A stretch of 54,649 nucleotides of DNA from Bacteroidales bacterium (GCA_007135645.1 SLIL01000028.1:1-54649), one strand, 5' to 3'. Positions 29,327 through 41,115 are shown, numbered from the stretch's first letter. Made by a program: numbers and translations. Notes: generated by a model from the sequence alone, not told the origin.

Positions 29327-29794
29327 ATGAGAAAGTCGAAACCCAAAAAAAGGATCTTGCTTCCTGACCCAAAATTCAACGATACCCTGGTTACCAGGTT
29401 CGTGAATAATATTATGCTCAGGGGCAAAAAAAATCTTGCTTACAATATTTTCTATGATGCAATAGATATCGTAAGTGAAAAGACCAAGGAAGAAGGCCTG
29501 GAGGTGTGGAAAAAAGCATTGGCAAATGTTACTCCCAATGTTGAGGTAAGAAGCCGTCGTATTGGTGGTGCTACCTTTCAGATCCCTTCAGAGATCAGAC
29601 CAGAGAGAAAAATGTCTATTGGCATGAAAAACCTTATTCGCTTTTCACGCAGACGCAATGAAAAAACCATGGCCGCAAAACTGGCCGGTGAAATCGTTGC
29701 TGCTTATAAAGAAGAAGGTGCTGCTTTCAAAAGAAAAGAAGATACTCACCGTATGGCAGATGCCAACAAAGCATTCTCTCATTTCAGATTTTAA
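29327..29794 (+). CDS. rpsG: 30S ribosomal protein S7
   Basis: 155 aa, sequence and position typical of S7. Confidence 0.98.
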   Translation: MRKSKPKKRILLPDPKFNDTLVTRFVNNIMLRGKKNLAYNIFYDAIDIVSEKTKEEGLEVWKKALANVTPNVEVRSRRIGGATFQIPSEIRPERKMSIGMKNLIRFSRRRNEKTMAAKLAGEIVAAYKEEGAAFKRKEDTHRMADANKAFSHFRF

Positions 29795-29834
29795 TGGTTA
29801 AGGTTTTAATTTATATTTGTTACCGTTTCAGCAG

Positions 29835-31934
29835 ATGCCCAGAGATTTAAGATATACACGCAATATTGGTATAATGGCACACATCGATGCTGGTAAAACT
29901 ACCACCACCGAGCGTATCCTTTATTATACCGGTGTAAACCACCGACTGGGCGAAACCCACGACGGGTCTGCTACCATGGACTGGATGGTGCAGGAGCAGG
30001 AGCGGGGTATTACCATTACTTCTGCAGCTACCACTACTTTCTGGAATTACAAAGACAGCCAGTACAAGATCAATATTATTGATACTCCCGGACACGTTGA
30101 CTTTACCGTTGAGGTAGAACGCTCCCTGAGAGTTCTTGATGGAGCAATAGCCCTTTTCTGTGCGGTGGGTGGTGTAGAGCCACAATCCGAAACAGTATGG
30201 AGGCAAGCCGATAAGTATAAGGTTCCGCGTTTGAGTTTTATCAATAAAATGGACCGGTCGGGTGCCGACTTCTTTTCTGTACTGGACCAGATAAAAGACC
30301 GCCTTGGAGCCAATCCGATCCCTCTTCAGATCCCCATTGGTTATGAAGAGAACTTTAAAGGAGTGGTTGATCTGATCACCAACAAAGCCTACGAGTGGGA
30401 AGAGCAAAGCAAAGGAATGGTGTTTGTTGAGGTGCCCATACCCGATGATCTGACAGAAACTGTGGAAGAGTATCGCATGAAACTCATCGAGGGATGTGCC
30501 GAGGAGAGTGAAGACCTGCTGGAAAAATTCATGGAAAATCCCGATGCTATCTCTGAAGATGAGATGATCGCGGCCATTCGCAAGGCTACCGTTGAAATGC
30601 GGATTACTCCGGTGCTCTGCGGATCAGCTTTCAAGAATAAAGGGGTGCAGTTGCTTCTCGATTCTGTCGTTAGGTTTCTGCCTTCTCCTATAGATATTGA
30701 TGCCGTTACAGGGATCAATCCAAAAACTGAAAAAGAAGAAATACGTAAAGCCGATGCCAGTGAACCTTTTGCTGCATTGGCTTTTAAAATTGCTACCGAT
30801 CCCTATGTGGGCAGGTTGTGTTTTTTCAGGGTATATAGCGGAACACTCGAGTCGGGCTCTTATGTCTGGAATGCTTCCACCCGCAAGAAAGAACGGATAT
30901 CGCGCATCCTGCAAATGCATGCCAACAAGCAAAACCCCATAGATCGCATTGAGGCTGGAGATATTGGTGCTGCTGTAGGGTTTAAGGAAATTCATACAGG
31001 TGATACTCTGTGCAATGAAAAGTTCCAGATCCTGCTTGAAACCATGTCATTCCCCGAGCCGGTTATCAGTGTTGCTGTAGAGCCAAAAACCCAGGCCGAT
31101 GTGGATAAGCTTTCAGCTGCCCTTCATAAGCTTGCCGAAGAAGATCCTACCTTTAAAGTAAAAGTGGACGAAAACTCAGGCCAGACCATCATTAGTGGTA
31201 TGGGCGAGTTGCACCTTGAAATTCTTGTAGACCGCCTTAAGAGAGAATTTAAGGTTGAATGCAACCAGGGTGCTCCCCAGGTGGCTTACCGCGAAGCCAT
31301 TACATCTGTTGTTAAGCACCGCGAAGTGTATAAAAAACAAACAGGTGGCCGCGGTAAATTTGCCGATGTTGTTTTTGAAATGGGACCGGCCGATGAGAAT
31401 CTTACAGGCCTGCAGTTTGTTGATGAAGTAAAAGGCGGCAATATTCCAAGAGAATATATCCCCTCTGTTGAGAAAGGCTTCAGGAATGCCATGCAGAATG
31501 GTGTGCTAGCAGGTTTTCCAGTTGATAATCTTAAGGTAACACTTATCGATGGTTCATACCACAGCGTAGACTCTGATTCACTCTCTTTTGAACTGGCTGC
31601 CAAGATAGCATTTAAAGAAGCCAGCAAGAAAGCCACCAAGGTTCTTCTGGAGCCCATCATGAAGCTCGAAGTCGTTACCCCTGAAGAAAACCTGGGAGAT
31701 GTTGTGGGCGATATCAATCGTCGCCGCGGACAACTTGAAGGAATCTCTTCCCGGGCGAATATGCAGGTTATAAGAGCCAAGGTTCCTCTTCAGGAAATGT
31801 TTGGATATGTAACAGCACTAAGAACCCTTAGTTCAGGACGTGCAACTTCTACCATGGAATTTTCACATTACGAAGAAGCACCCAAGAATATTGTAGATGA
31901 AATTATTTTGAAATTAACTGGTGTTAAAGCATAA
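29835..31934 (+). CDS. fusA: Elongation factor G
   Basis: [38 protein letters not shown] at 29835 preferred to the TTG at 29817. 699 aa. Confidence 0.97.
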   Translation: MPRDLRYTRNIGIMAHIDAGKTTTTERILYYTGVNHRLGETHDGSATMDWMVQEQERGITITSAATTTFWNYKDSQYKINIIDTPGHVDFTVEVERSLRVLDGAIALFCAVGGVEPQSETVWRQADKYKVPRLSFINKMDRSGADFFSVLDQIKDRLGANPIPLQIPIGYEENFKGVVDLITNKAYEWEEQSKGMVFVEVPIPDDLTETVEEYRMKLIEGCAEESEDLLEKFMENPDAISEDEMIAAIRKATVEMRITPVLCGSAFKNKGVQLLLDSVVRFLPSPIDIDAVTGINPKTEKEEIRKADASEPFAALAFKIATDPYVGRLCFFRVYSGTLESGSYVWNASTRKKERISRILQMHANKQNPIDRIEAGDIGAAVGFKEIHTGDTLCNEKFQILLETMSFPEPVISVAVEPKTQADVDKLSAALHKLAEEDPTFKVKVDENSGQTIISGMGELHLEILVDRLKREFKVECNQGAPQVAYREAITSVVKHREVYKKQTGGRGKFADVVFEMGPADENLTGLQFVDEVKGGNIPREYIPSVEKGFRNAMQNGVLAGFPVDNLKVTLIDGSYHSVDSDSLSFELAAKIAFKEASKKATKVLLEPIMKLEVVTPEENLGDVVGDINRRRGQLEGISSRANMQVIRAKVPLQEMFGYVTALRTLSSGRATSTMEFSHYEEAPKNIVDEIILKLTGVKA

Positions 31935-31959
31935 TCGTTTAATAAAAAAGAAATAAACC

Positions 31960-32265
31960 GTGAGTCAAAGAATTAGAATCAAACTGAAATCTTACGATTA
32001 CAACCTGGTAGATAAGTCTGCCGAAAAAATCGTAAAGACTGTAAAGTCAACCGGTGCAGTTGTCAGTGGTCCTATCCCGCTGCCCACCAACAAAAAGATC
32101 TTTACTGTACTCAAATCAACATTTGTAAATAAAAAATCAAGAGAACAATTTCAGCTTTGCTCTTACAAGCGATTGCTTGATATTTACTCTTCAACTTCCA
32201 AAACTGTTGATGCCCTGATGAAGCTTGAACTTCCCAGTGGAGTAGAGGTAGAGATCAAAGTATAA
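31960..32265 (+). CDS. rpsJ: 30S ribosomal protein S10
   Basis: 101 aa, GTG start, IRIKLKSYD...LPT. Confidence 0.97.
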   Translation: MSQRIRIKLKSYDYNLVDKSAEKIVKTVKSTGAVVSGPIPLPTNKKIFTVLKSTFVNKKSREQFQLCSYKRLLDIYSSTSKTVDALMKLELPSGVEVEIKV

Positions 32266-32311
32266 TTAGTTAGTATAAACCGCATTTTGCGTAAAGAAAA
32301 AACTCCGAAAA

Positions 32312-32941
32312 ATGTCAGGATTAATTGGAAAAAAAATTGGTATGACCAGTATGTTTGATGCCGCTGGGAAAAACATCCCATGCACAGTAATACAGGCTGG
32401 TCCTTGTGTTGTTACGCAGATCAAAACCAAGGAGAAGGATGGTTATGAAGCCATTCAGCTCGCTTTTGACGACAAAAAAGAGAAGAACACAAGCAAGGCT
32501 TTGCAAGGACACTTTGCAAAAGCAAAAACCACTCCCAAACGAATGGTAGCAGAGTTTACCCGCTTCGAAAAAGAAAACCGCAAGGAATTTGGAGAAACCG
32601 TTGGCGTTGATGTATTCTTTGAAGGAGAATTTATTGACGTTGTTGGCACCTCCAAAGGAAAAGGCTTCCAGGGTGTAGTGAAAAGACATGGCTTTAGCGG
32701 TGTAGGACAAGCGACTCACGGCCAGCATAACCGCCTCAGGGCCCCCGGATCACTGGGTGCATCTTCATGGCCTTCAAGGGTTTTCAAAGGAATGAGAATG
32801 GCAGGACGTACAGGTGGAAACAGGGTTAAGATGATCAACCTGCAGGTAATGAAAATCATTCCCGAAAAGAATTTAATTATTGTAAAAGGATCTGTTCCCG
32901 GTCCAAATGGTTCATATTTAATTTTAGAAAGATGGAGTTAG
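32312..32941 (+). CDS. rplC: 50S ribosomal protein L3
   Basis: 209 aa, [10 protein letters not shown]. Confidence 0.98.
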   Translation: MSGLIGKKIGMTSMFDAAGKNIPCTVIQAGPCVVTQIKTKEKDGYEAIQLAFDDKKEKNTSKALQGHFAKAKTTPKRMVAEFTRFEKENRKEFGETVGVDVFFEGEFIDVVGTSKGKGFQGVVKRHGFSGVGQATHGQHNRLRAPGSLGASSWPSRVFKGMRMAGRTGGNRVKMINLQVMKIIPEKNLIIVKGSVPGPNGSYLILERWS

Positions 32942-33558
32942 CAGTATATAGCATAGACGGAAATAAAACCGCCAAAACCATTGATCTTAACGATAATATC
33001 TTTGGCATTGAACCCAATGACCATGCTATTTATCTGGATGTAAAACAATATTTGGCAAATCAAAGGCAGGGTACCCATGCCACCAAGCAGCGCAACGAAG
33101 TTAAGGGTAGCACCCGCAAACTGCGCAGGCAAAAAGGTACCGGAGCTGCCCGTATTGGTGATATCAAATCTCCATTGCTCAGAGGTGGTGGTCGTGTTTT
33201 TGGAAAAAAACCCAGGGACTATTCCTTTAAGGTAAACAAGAAAGTGAAAGCACTTGCACGCAAGTCAGCCCTTTCTTACAAAGCAAAAGATAACAGTGTA
33301 CTTGTACTGGAAGACTTTAGCTTTGATACTCCCAGGACAAAACAATACCTGGAGCTGCTGGAAAGATTTAATATCCTTGATAAAAAGTCACTCCTTGTTA
33401 TTCCTGAGTCAGACAGAAATATTTTGCTGTCTTCAAGGAATATTCCCAAGGCAAAAGTGGCAATCGCTTCTGATATCAATACCTATCAGATCCTTAATGC
33501 TCAGCATATTTTGTTTGTGGAAAGCTCCATCAAAGAAGTTGAGAACATTTTAGTTTAA
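32932..33558 (+). CDS. rplD: 50S ribosomal protein L4
   Basis: 208 aa, [13 protein letters not shown]. Overlaps the rplC end by 10 nt. Confidence 0.97.
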   Translation: MELAVYSIDGNKTAKTIDLNDNIFGIEPNDHAIYLDVKQYLANQRQGTHATKQRNEVKGSTRKLRRQKGTGAARIGDIKSPLLRGGGRVFGKKPRDYSFKVNKKVKALARKSALSYKAKDNSVLVLEDFSFDTPRTKQYLELLERFNILDKKSLLVIPESDRNILLSSRNIPKAKVAIASDINTYQILNAQHILFVESSIKEVENILV

Positions 33559-33613
33559 TCAATTATTAGTTATCGTTGGGTTGGAAAAAGATCGGCCCTA
33601 AAAAAAAGAAAAG

Positions 33614-33907
33614 ATGAACGTTTTAATTAAGCCACTGATTACCGAAAAGATGACGGGGGTTACTGAAAAGTTTCCTAACCGTTACGGTTTCGTTGTTGAC
33701 CAAAGGGCAAGTAAAAATCAGATAAAAGCCGCCGTAGAAGAGATGTACAATGTTACGGTTGAATCAGTCAACACTATGAACTACCTTGGTAAACGCAAGA
33801 TGCGTTATACAAAAACCGGATTTATGACCGGAAGGAAGGATAATTTTAAAAAAGCTATCGTTACAGTAAGCGATGGTGAAGTTATTGATTTTTACAGCAA
33901 TATTTAA
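33614..33907 (+). CDS. rplW: 50S ribosomal protein L23
   Basis: 97 aa, position and sequence. Confidence 0.97.
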   Translation: MNVLIKPLITEKMTGVTEKFPNRYGFVVDQRASKNQIKAAVEEMYNVTVESVNTMNYLGKRKMRYTKTGFMTGRKDNFKKAIVTVSDGEVIDFYSNI

Positions 33908-33912
33908 GATAG

Positions 33913-34737
33913 ATGGCTTTAAGAAAATTCAAACCCACCACCCCGGGTCAACGCAACAAAATGTTGAATGCGTTTGACGAAATAACTGCCTCCACTCCAG
34001 AAAAAAGCCTGGTGGTTGGAAAGAATAAATCAGGAGGTAGGAATAACAGAGGTAAAATGACCATGCGCTATATTGGCGGAGGTCATAAGAAAAGGTTCCG
34101 TTTTGTAGATTTCAGAAGAGATAAAGATGGTATCCCCGGAACCGTAAAAACCATTGAATACGATCCCAACCGCTCAGCACGCATTGCTTTGGTAGTGTAT
34201 GCCGATGGTGAGAAGAGATACATTCTTGCTCCCAATGGATTGCAGGTTGGTCAGACTGTGGTTTCTGGCGAAAATGCAACTCCCGATATCGGTAATACGA
34301 TGTTTTTGAGTAAGGTTCCCCTGGGTACTATTGTACACAATGTAGAGCTTAAGCCTGGTCAGGGTGGAAAAATGGCCCGCAGTGCCGGCACCTATGCCCA
34401 GCTTATGTCAAGAGATGGTAAATATGCAATTTTGAAACTTCCTTCCGGCGAAACCCGCATGGTACTGGTTACATGCAGAGCTACCATTGGTAGTGCATCA
34501 AACCCCGATCACATGCACGTGGTAAGTGGAAAGGCAGGCCGTAGCCGCTGGCTTGGTCGCAGACCCAGAACCCGTCCTGTGGTGATGAACCCCGTTGATC
34601 ACCCCATGGGTGGTGGTGAAGGCCGTGCAAGTGGTGGACACCCCAGAAGCCGCAAAGGTTTGCCTGCAAAAGGGTACAAAACCCGCAGCAAAAAGAAGGC
34701 TTCAAGCCAGTTCATTGTAGAAAGAAGGAAGAAATAA
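33913..34737 (+). CDS. rplB: 50S ribosomal protein L2
   Basis: 274 aa, PTTPGQR... HPMGGGEGR. Confidence 0.98.
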   Translation: MALRKFKPTTPGQRNKMLNAFDEITASTPEKSLVVGKNKSGGRNNRGKMTMRYIGGGHKKRFRFVDFRRDKDGIPGTVKTIEYDPNRSARIALVVYADGEKRYILAPNGLQVGQTVVSGENATPDIGNTMFLSKVPLGTIVHNVELKPGQGGKMARSAGTYAQLMSRDGKYAILKLPSGETRMVLVTCRATIGSASNPDHMHVVSGKAGRSRWLGRRPRTRPVVMNPVDHPMGGGEGRASGGHPRSRKGLPAKGYKTRSKKKASSQFIVERRKK

Positions 34738-34765
34738 CTATCGTAAATTGTAAATTAGTATTATC

Positions 34766-35044
34766 ATGAGCCGTTCATTAAAAAAAGGACCTTATATACA
34801 CTACAAACTCGAGAAGAGAGTACTTGATATGGCCAGCAGCAGCAAAAAAACTGTTATTAAAACCTGGTCAAGAGCTTCAATGATCTCTCCCGATTTTGTC
34901 GGACAAACCATCGCTGTGCACAACGGCAATAAATTTATCCCCGTTTACATTACTGAGAATATGGTAGGCCATAAGCTGGGCGAATTTGCTCCCACACGAA
35001 TTTTCCGTGGTCATGCGGGTAAAAAAGATAAAGGCAAAAAATAA
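34766..35044 (+). CDS. rpsS: 30S ribosomal protein S19
   Basis: 92 aa, SRSLKKGPY...HNG. Confidence 0.98.
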   Translation: MSRSLKKGPYIHYKLEKRVLDMASSSKKTVIKTWSRASMISPDFVGQTIAVHNGNKFIPVYITENMVGHKLGEFAPTRIFRGHAGKKDKGKK

Positions 35045-35058
35045 ACAACTTTTGAAAA

Positions 35059-35463
35059 ATGGGATCTAGAAAACACTTTAGAGCGGAAAGGCTCAAAGAA
35101 GAAAAACAGTCAAAATATATTGCCAGTTTAAACAACTGCCCCACATCTCCCAGGAAAATGCGTCTTGTTGCTGATATTATCAGAGGCAAAGAGGTAGATA
35201 AGGCTTTGGCAATTTTGAAGTACACCAACAAAGAAGCTGCCGAAAGGCTGGAAAAACTGCTTCTTAGCGCCATTTCAAACTGGCAGGCTAAAAACGAAGG
35301 GGTTAGGCTGGAAGAAAGCAACCTCTATGTGAAAGAGATTTTTGTAAACGGTGGCAGAATGCTTAAGCGCCTTCGCCCCGCTCCGCAAGGTCGTGCTTAC
35401 CGCATCCGCAAAAGGTCAAACCATGTTACCATTGTGGTAGATAGTAAAAATTCAAACAATTAA
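35059..35463 (+). CDS. rplV: 50S ribosomal protein L22
   Basis: 134 aa, [15 protein letters not shown]. Confidence 0.97.
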   Translation: MGSRKHFRAERLKEEKQSKYIASLNNCPTSPRKMRLVADIIRGKEVDKALAILKYTNKEAAERLEKLLLSAISNWQAKNEGVRLEESNLYVKEIFVNGGRMLKRLRPAPQGRAYRIRKRSNHVTIVVDSKNSNN

Positions 35464-35474
35464 ATAAATTTCAA

Positions 35475-36200
35475 ATGGGACAAAAAACAAATCCAATAGG
35501 CCTGAGATTAGGCATTATTAAAGGATGGGACTCCAATTGGTATGGCGGTAAGAAGTATGAGTCAAAACTGGTTGAAGACGACAAGATCAGGAAGTATCTC
35601 AACGCCCGTTTGGCCAAAGCCGGAGTATCAAAGATCATCATCGAAAGAACACTCAAACTTATCACGGTTACCATCAATACTGCCCGTCCGGGCATCATCA
35701 TCGGTAAAGGTGGACAAGAAGTAGACAAGCTCAAGGAAGAGTTGAGAAAAATTACCCAAAAGGAAGTTCAGATCAACATTTCCGAAATTAAAAGACCCGA
35801 GCTTGATGCTGTGCTGGTTGCCAATACCGTTGCCAAACAAATAGAAGGACGTATTTCTTTCCGTCGTGCTGTAAAAACAGCTGTTTCCTCAACCATGCGC
35901 CTGGGTTCTGAAGGCATCAAGGTTACTGTATCCGGTCGCCTTGGTGGAGCCGAAATGGCCCGTACCGAAACTTATAAGGAAGGTCGCATTCCATTGCATA
36001 CCCTCAGAGCTGATATTGACTACGCAACAGCAGAAGCTCATACCACCTACGGACGTATTGGTATAAAAGTATGGATATGCAAAGGTGAAGTTTACGGAAA
36101 AAAAGAACTCACTCCCTTTACTGAAGACAACACCAAAGCAAAACCCAGTCCGGCTGGAGCAGGTGGTGGCAGATTCAGAGGTCGACGGAATAAGAAATAA
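35475..36200 (+). CDS. rpsC: 30S ribosomal protein S3
   Basis: 241 aa, [15 protein letters not shown] domain. Confidence 0.98.
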   Translation: MGQKTNPIGLRLGIIKGWDSNWYGGKKYESKLVEDDKIRKYLNARLAKAGVSKIIIERTLKLITVTINTARPGIIIGKGGQEVDKLKEELRKITQKEVQINISEIKRPELDAVLVANTVAKQIEGRISFRRAVKTAVSSTMRLGSEGIKVTVSGRLGGAEMARTETYKEGRIPLHTLRADIDYATAEAHTTYGRIGIKVWICKGEVYGKKELTPFTEDNTKAKPSPAGAGGGRFRGRRNKK

Positions 36201-36232
36201 CGTTTAATATTTATTGTAAAAAATACTGAATA

Positions 36233-36655
36233 ATGTTACAGCCAAAGAAAACTAAGTTCAGAAGGCAGCAGAAAGGCAAAATGAAAGGCAATACCAAGAG
36301 AGGAGCAGAACTCGCTTTTGGAAGCTTTGGACTGAAATCACTGGATGAAAGCTGGATCACCAGCCGCCAGATTGAAGCTGCCCGCCAGGCAATTACCCGT
36401 CGTATGAAACGTGAAGGGCAATTGTGGATCAGAATCTTCCCCGATAAGCCCGTAACCAAAAAACCCGCCGAAGTACGTATGGGTAAAGGTAAAGGTGCAC
36501 CCGAGTACTTTGTTGCAAGGGTAAGCCCAGGGCGAATATTATTTGAAGCAGAAGGCGTTACTCACGAAACAGCTAAGGAAGCTATGCGTTTGGGCGCTCA
36601 AAAACTCCCTGTTATTACAAAGTTTATTGTAAGAAGGGATTTTGTTTTTGATTAA
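36233..36655 (+). CDS. rplP: 50S ribosomal protein L16
   Basis: 140 aa, [13 protein letters not shown]. Confidence 0.98.
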   Translation: MLQPKKTKFRRQQKGKMKGNTKRGAELAFGSFGLKSLDESWITSRQIEAARQAITRRMKREGQLWIRIFPDKPVTKKPAEVRMGKGKGAPEYFVARVSPGRILFEAEGVTHETAKEAMRLGAQKLPVITKFIVRRDFVFD

Positions 36656-36682
36656 TAGATCGATTTAATTAGAAATTATTTG

Positions 36683-36690
36683 TAACTTTG
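36683..36690 (+). promoter_or_regulatory. Promoter-like box TAACTTTG inside the rplP-rpmC spacer
   Basis: Matches TAnnTTTG in the context ATTATTTGTAACTTTGCAGCC, 28 nt after the rplP stop. Confidence 0.35.
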
Positions 36691-36819
36691 CAGCCTTTTT
36701 GGAGAGGATTATTCAATACAAGCCCCACAAACACGGGCCTCTGTAAGGAAAACGGCCTCTGGAGCAAGTTTAAAAACTGCTTGCTGCTTTTTTTAACGAT
36801 TTAAAATTCGTTTATTACG

Positions 36820-37029
36820 ATGAAGCCAAATGTAATACGAGAAATGTCAACCGGAGAGCTCAAGGAGAGGTTAGACGAAGAAGTGAAACAACTTCAGAAA
36901 CTTAAGCTCAACCATTCTGTTTCGCCGCTGGAGAATCCTATGAAGATCCAGTTGTATCGCAAAACCATTGCCAGAATAAAAACTGAGCTCCGTAAAAGGG
37001 CCATTGAAGAATCAAAAAGTAATGTTTAG
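36820..37029 (+). CDS. rpmC: 50S ribosomal protein L29
   Basis: 69 aa, position and sequence (ELKERL...LRKTIARIKT). Confidence 0.96.
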   Translation: MKPNVIREMSTGELKERLDEEVKQLQKLKLNHSVSPLENPMKIQLYRKTIARIKTELRKRAIEESKSNV

Positions 37030-37033
37030 ATAA

Positions 37034-37291
37034 ATGGAAACGAGAACTCAAAGAAAAGAAAGAGTTGGTGTAGTAACCAGTAATAAAATGGAGAAATCCA
37101 TTGTTATTAAGGTTATACGCCGTGTAAAACACCCTAAATACGGGAAGTTTGTTAAAAAGTCATCCAATTTTATGGCTCATGATGAAAACAATGAGTGCAA
37201 TATAGGCGATACTGTTCGGATCATGGAAACCAGGCCCCTTAGTAAAAATAAATGTTGGAGATTAGTTGAAATAATTGAAAGAGCTAAGTAA
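37034..37291 (+). CDS. rpsQ: 30S ribosomal protein S17
   Basis: 85 aa, [18 protein letters not shown]. Confidence 0.97.
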   Translation: METRTQRKERVGVVTSNKMEKSIVIKVIRRVKHPKYGKFVKKSSNFMAHDENNECNIGDTVRIMETRPLSKNKCWRLVEIIERAK

Positions 37292-37293
37292 TT

Positions 37294-37662
37294 ATGATAC
37301 AGCAAGAATCCAGATTATCAGTTGCAGATAACAGTGGCGCCAGGGAAGTGCTCTGCATCCGGGTCCTGGGCGGAACAAAACGCCGCTATGCCGGAATTGG
37401 CGATAAAATCATTGTTACTGTCAAAGATGCGATACCCAGCGGAAACATCAAAAAAGGTACCGTATCCAAGGCTGTGATTGTCAGAACAAAAAAACATGTA
37501 AGACGCCCCGACGGCTCATACATCAAGTTTGACGACAATGCAGTTGTGCTTTTGACTGCTAATGAAGAAATGAGAGGTACACGTATTTTCGGACCCGTTG
37601 CCCGTGAACTTCGCGAAAAGCAGTTTATGAAGATTGTCTCATTGGCACCCGAAGTTCTTTAA
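37294..37662 (+). CDS. rplN: 50S ribosomal protein L14
   Basis: 122 aa, [15 protein letters not shown]. Confidence 0.98.
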   Translation: MIQQESRLSVADNSGAREVLCIRVLGGTKRRYAGIGDKIIVTVKDAIPSGNIKKGTVSKAVIVRTKKHVRRPDGSYIKFDDNAVVLLTANEEMRGTRIFGPVARELREKQFMKIVSLAPEVL

Positions 37663-37685
37663 ATCAGAAAAACATCAGAAAAATT

Positions 37686-38006
37686 ATGCAAGCCAAATTA
37701 CATATTAAAAAAGGTGACACTGTTAAGGCCATTGCAGGTAACTCCAAAGGCCAGCAGGGTAAGGTGCTGAGCATTGACAGGAATAAAATGAGAGTACTTG
37801 TTGAAGGGCTCAACATGATTTCCAGGCATACCAAGCCCAATGCAAAAAATACCCAGGGTGGTATTGTAAAGCAAGAGGCACCTATTCATATTTCCAACCT
37901 TATGTTGGTTGATGCTAAAGGAAATGCCACGCGCGTTGGCAGGAAGTTAAATGAGAATGACAAACTTGTTCGTTATTCTAAAAAGTCAGGGGAGGTAATC
38001 AAGTAA
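37686..38006 (+). CDS. rplX: 50S ribosomal protein L24
   Basis: 106 aa with KOW motif [15 protein letters not shown]. Its stop overlaps the rplE ATG (TAATG). Confidence 0.97.
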   Translation: MQAKLHIKKGDTVKAIAGNSKGQQGKVLSIDRNKMRVLVEGLNMISRHTKPNAKNTQGGIVKQEAPIHISNLMLVDAKGNATRVGRKLNENDKLVRYSKKSGEVIK

Positions 38007-38563
38007 TGAGCTATACACCAAGACTTAGAGAAAAATACGAGAAGGAAATTGTTCCTGCTCTGAAATCCGAATTCAATTACAGCAATCACATGCAGGTGCC
38101 CAGGATTACCAAGATTTGTTTGAATCAAGGTTTGGGTGATGCGATTACTGACAAAAAGCTTATTGACACAGCAATAGAAGAAATGACCCTCATTGCCGGT
38201 CAAAGAGCTGTTCCTACCAAGTCAAAAAAGGATATCTCCAACTTTAAACTGCGTAGAGGAATGCCCATTGGCGTTAGAGTAACACTGCGTGGTACAAAGA
38301 TGTATGAATTCCTGGACAGGCTTATTGCAGTTTCTTTGCCACGTATCCGCGACTTCAGGGGTATCAACGAGAAAGGCTTTGATGGCCGTGGAAATTTCAG
38401 CCTGGGTGTATCTGAGCAGATCATCTTCCCAGAGATCAACATTGACAAGATCAATAAAATCACCGGGATGGATATCACTTTTGTTACCTCGGCAAATACC
38501 GATAAAGAAGCTTACGCCTTGCTGCGTGAATTCGGAATCCCATTCAAAAACGCTAAAAAATAA
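38006..38563 (+). CDS. rplE: 50S ribosomal protein L5
   Basis: 185 aa, position and sequence. Confidence 0.98.
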   Translation: MSYTPRLREKYEKEIVPALKSEFNYSNHMQVPRITKICLNQGLGDAITDKKLIDTAIEEMTLIAGQRAVPTKSKKDISNFKLRRGMPIGVRVTLRGTKMYEFLDRLIAVSLPRIRDFRGINEKGFDGRGNFSLGVSEQIIFPEINIDKINKITGMDITFVTSANTDKEAYALLREFGIPFKNAKK

Positions 38564-38574
38564 ATATTCCGATC

Positions 38575-38844
38575 ATGGCAAAAGAATCAATGAAAGCACG
38601 CGAGAGAAAAAGAGAAAAACTCGTAGCTAAGTATGCAAAAAAACGTGCCGAACTTAAGGCTGCCGGAGATTATGAAGCACTTCAGAAACTCCCCAAAAAC
38701 GCCTCTCCTGTTCGCTTGCACAACAGATGTAAATTAACCGGAAGACCCAAAGGGTACATGAGACAATTCGGTATTTCCCGTATCAACTTCAGGGAGATGG
38801 CCTCCAATGGTCTTATACCAGGGGTTACCAAGGCTAGCTGGTAG
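38575..38844 (+). CDS. rpsN: 30S ribosomal protein S14 (long form, no Cys-rich zinc motif)
   Basis: 89 aa, ends ...[11 protein letters not shown]. Confidence 0.97.
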   Translation: MAKESMKARERKREKLVAKYAKKRAELKAAGDYEALQKLPKNASPVRLHNRCKLTGRPKGYMRQFGISRINFREMASNGLIPGVTKASW

Positions 38845-38870
38845 ATTAATAACTTTTATTTTAAATTGAA

Positions 38871-39269
38871 ATGATAACTGATCCAATTGCAGATTACCTT
38901 ACAAGAATAAGGAATGCCGTGAAGGCCAATCACAGGATTGTAGAAATTCCTGCATCGAATCTTAAAAAGGGGATCACAAAAATCCTTTTTGAGAAGGGGT
39001 ATATCCTGAATTATAAATTTGAGGAGAATGAAAAAGGCGGCATTATAAAAATCGCCCTTAAGTATCATCCTTCCACAAAAATTCCTGCTATAAACACCAT
39101 CGAGCGTGTGAGCAGACCCGGTTTGAGAAGATATTGTAACCACAATGATCTGCCACGGGTAATGAATGGTTTGGGTATTGCCATAATTTCTACATCCAAA
39201 GGTTTGATAACTGATAAAGAAGCCCGCAGCCAGGGTGTTGGCGGGGAAGTAATTTGTTACGTAAGCTAA
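38871..39269 (+). CDS. rpsH: 30S ribosomal protein S8
   Basis: 132 aa, DPIADYLTRIRNA. Confidence 0.98.
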   Translation: MITDPIADYLTRIRNAVKANHRIVEIPASNLKKGITKILFEKGYILNYKFEENEKGGIIKIALKYHPSTKIPAINTIERVSRPGLRRYCNHNDLPRVMNGLGIAIISTSKGLITDKEARSQGVGGEVICYVS

Positions 39270-39283
39270 AAAGGAGAGAAACT

Positions 39284-39838
39284 ATGTCAAGAATAGGAAA
39301 TTTACCCATACAGATCCCTGCAGGTGTTACTGTAAACTTTGACAAGAATGTTGTAACAGTCAAAGGCCCCAAGGGAGAGTTAACACAGGAATTGAAAGAC
39401 GATATTTCAATAGAAATTGAGGATGGCACCGTTAAAGTAGTACGTCCTTCAGATCAAAAGAATCACAAATCCCTCCACGGATTGTACCGTGCTCTTATAA
39501 GCAACATGGTTGTTGGGGTTTCTGAAGGATACAAGATAGTTCAGGAGTTGGTTGGTGTAGGTTACAAAGCGTCCAACCAGGGTCAGTTGCTCGAACTTGG
39601 ACTAGGATATTCGCATAATATTTTCATTGAGCTTCCCAGGGAAGTTAAGCTTGAAACCGTAACTGAAAGAGGTAAAAACCCGCTGATCATTCTGGAATCG
39701 CATGATAAGCAACTTATCGGACAGGTTGCAGCGAAAATCAGATCATTCCGCAAGCCTGAGCCTTACAAAGGTAAAGGTATCAAATTCCAGGGTGAGGTAC
39801 TTCGCAGAAAAGCTGGTAAATCAGCTGCAAGCAAATAA
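39284..39838 (+). CDS. rplF: 50S ribosomal protein L6
   Basis: MSRIGNLPIQIPAGV. ATG at 39284 chosen because the 39254 extension overlaps rpsH. Confidence 0.96.
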   Translation: MSRIGNLPIQIPAGVTVNFDKNVVTVKGPKGELTQELKDDISIEIEDGTVKVVRPSDQKNHKSLHGLYRALISNMVVGVSEGYKIVQELVGVGYKASNQGQLLELGLGYSHNIFIELPREVKLETVTERGKNPLIILESHDKQLIGQVAAKIRSFRKPEPYKGKGIKFQGEVLRRKAGKSAASK

Positions 39839-39872
39839 TCTTTTTAATAAGTAATTAAAAATCATCGGATAG

Positions 39873-40232
39873 ATGGCAACTAATAGTAAAGTAAACAGAA
39901 GACTTAAAATTAAGTACCGGGTACGTAAAAAAGTCTACGGGTCGGAAGAAAAGCCCAGGCTCTCTGTATTCAGGAGCAACAAGCAAATATATGCCCAATT
40001 GATCAATGATGATAAGGGTTCTACTCTGGTTTCTGCTTCAAGTCGTGAAAAGGCATTTGCTGATAAAAAAGCACCCAAACAGGATATGGCCAAGGAAGTA
40101 GGTAAACTGCTGGCTGAAAAAGCTAAAGAAGCAGGAATTGAAAAAGTTGTTTTTGATCGCAACGGGTATTTGTATCACGGTAGAATCAAATCTTTGGCAG
40201 AAGGTGCCAGGGAAGGAGGTTTAAAATTCTAA
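39873..40232 (+). CDS. rplR: 50S ribosomal protein L18
   Basis: 119 aa, position and sequence. Confidence 0.97.
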   Translation: MATNSKVNRRLKIKYRVRKKVYGSEEKPRLSVFRSNKQIYAQLINDDKGSTLVSASSREKAFADKKAPKQDMAKEVGKLLAEKAKEAGIEKVVFDRNGYLYHGRIKSLAEGAREGGLKF

Positions 40233-40236
40233 GACT

Positions 40237-40755
40237 ATGACAAACGCAAACGTAAAAAAAGTAAAATCCAGCGAAATAGAATTCAAGGACAGACTGGTAA
40301 GCATACAACGTGTTACCAAGGTAACAAAGGGTGGTAGGACTTTTAGTTTTTCAGCCATTGTTGTAGTCGGTAATGAGAATGGTGTGGTAGGATACGGTCT
40401 TGGAAAAGCCAAGGAAGTAACCACAGCTATCAGCAAGGGTATTGATGATGCCAAGAAACATTTGATCAAGGTACCTGTGCACAAAGGAACCATTCCTCAC
40501 CCGCAGGAAGGTAAATACAGTGGTGCACGCGTATTGATCAGACCTGCTGCTCACGGTACCGGTGTTATTGCCGGTGGTGCTATGAGGGCTGTTCTGGAAA
40601 GTGTTGGAGTAACAGACGTATTGGCAAAATCAAAAGGCTCTTCCAACCCCCACAGTGTGGTAAAAGCTACTATCGATGCCCTTACCAAGCTGCGCGACCC
40701 ATTTACCGTAGCTCAGCAACGAGGTATTTCGGTAGAAAAGGTTTTCAACGGTTGA
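40237..40755 (+). CDS. rpsE: 30S ribosomal protein S5
   Basis: 172 aa, [20 protein letters not shown]. Confidence 0.98.
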   Translation: MTNANVKKVKSSEIEFKDRLVSIQRVTKVTKGGRTFSFSAIVVVGNENGVVGYGLGKAKEVTTAISKGIDDAKKHLIKVPVHKGTIPHPQEGKYSGARVLIRPAAHGTGVIAGGAMRAVLESVGVTDVLAKSKGSSNPHSVVKATIDALTKLRDPFTVAQQRGISVEKVFNG

Positions 40756-40929
40756 TCATTTAATGATTTGCAGGAGAGGTTATGCTTTCCTGCAAGATCT
40801 TTTTGATGATCCTGAAAAGTTTAAGAGCAATTTGAAATAAACAAAATATCGCGTAAAACCTGCCCGGACAACGAATAGCATTGAGCAAAAAGCAGGTTTT
40901 CCTACACCAAAGAATAAAAAACGTTTCGC

Positions 40930-41115
40930 ATGAAAAAATATAAAATATCACAGGTGAAGAGCTCGATAGGTCGCCCTGAGAGGCAGAAAAGAACCTTGCA
41001 GGCTCTTGGTTTGCGAAAGCTTCACAATCCCGTTGTAGTTACCGGCACGCCACAACTACTGGGTATGATTGAAAAGGTAAAACACCTGCTTTCTGTTGAG
41101 GAAGTTCAGGGATAA
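40930..41115 (+). CDS. rpmD: 50S ribosomal protein L30
   Basis: 61 aa, KISQVKSSIGRPERQKRTLQALGL. Confidence 0.95.
   Translation: MKKYKISQVKSSIGRPERQKRTLQALGLRKLHNPVVVTGTPQLLGMIEKVKHLLSVEEVQG

Noticed and set aside
36656-36819. Possibility that the rplP-rpmC insert is a known housekeeping RNA (4.5S/SRP, 6S, tRNA).
   Set aside because: There is no tRNA cloverleaf, no SRP domain IV consensus (GGAA tetraloop with flanking AGCA/GGUC-type symmetric loop), and it is too short for 6S, tmRNA or RNase P. It is kept only as an uncharacterised candidate in the findings.
40760-40951. 63-aa minus-strand ORF covering the rpsE-rpmD spacer and the rpmD start.
   Set aside because: It is antisense inside a tightly co-directional ribosomal operon. 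The translation is Phe/Cys/Ile-rich with no motif. It is likely a chance ORF in AT-rich spacer.
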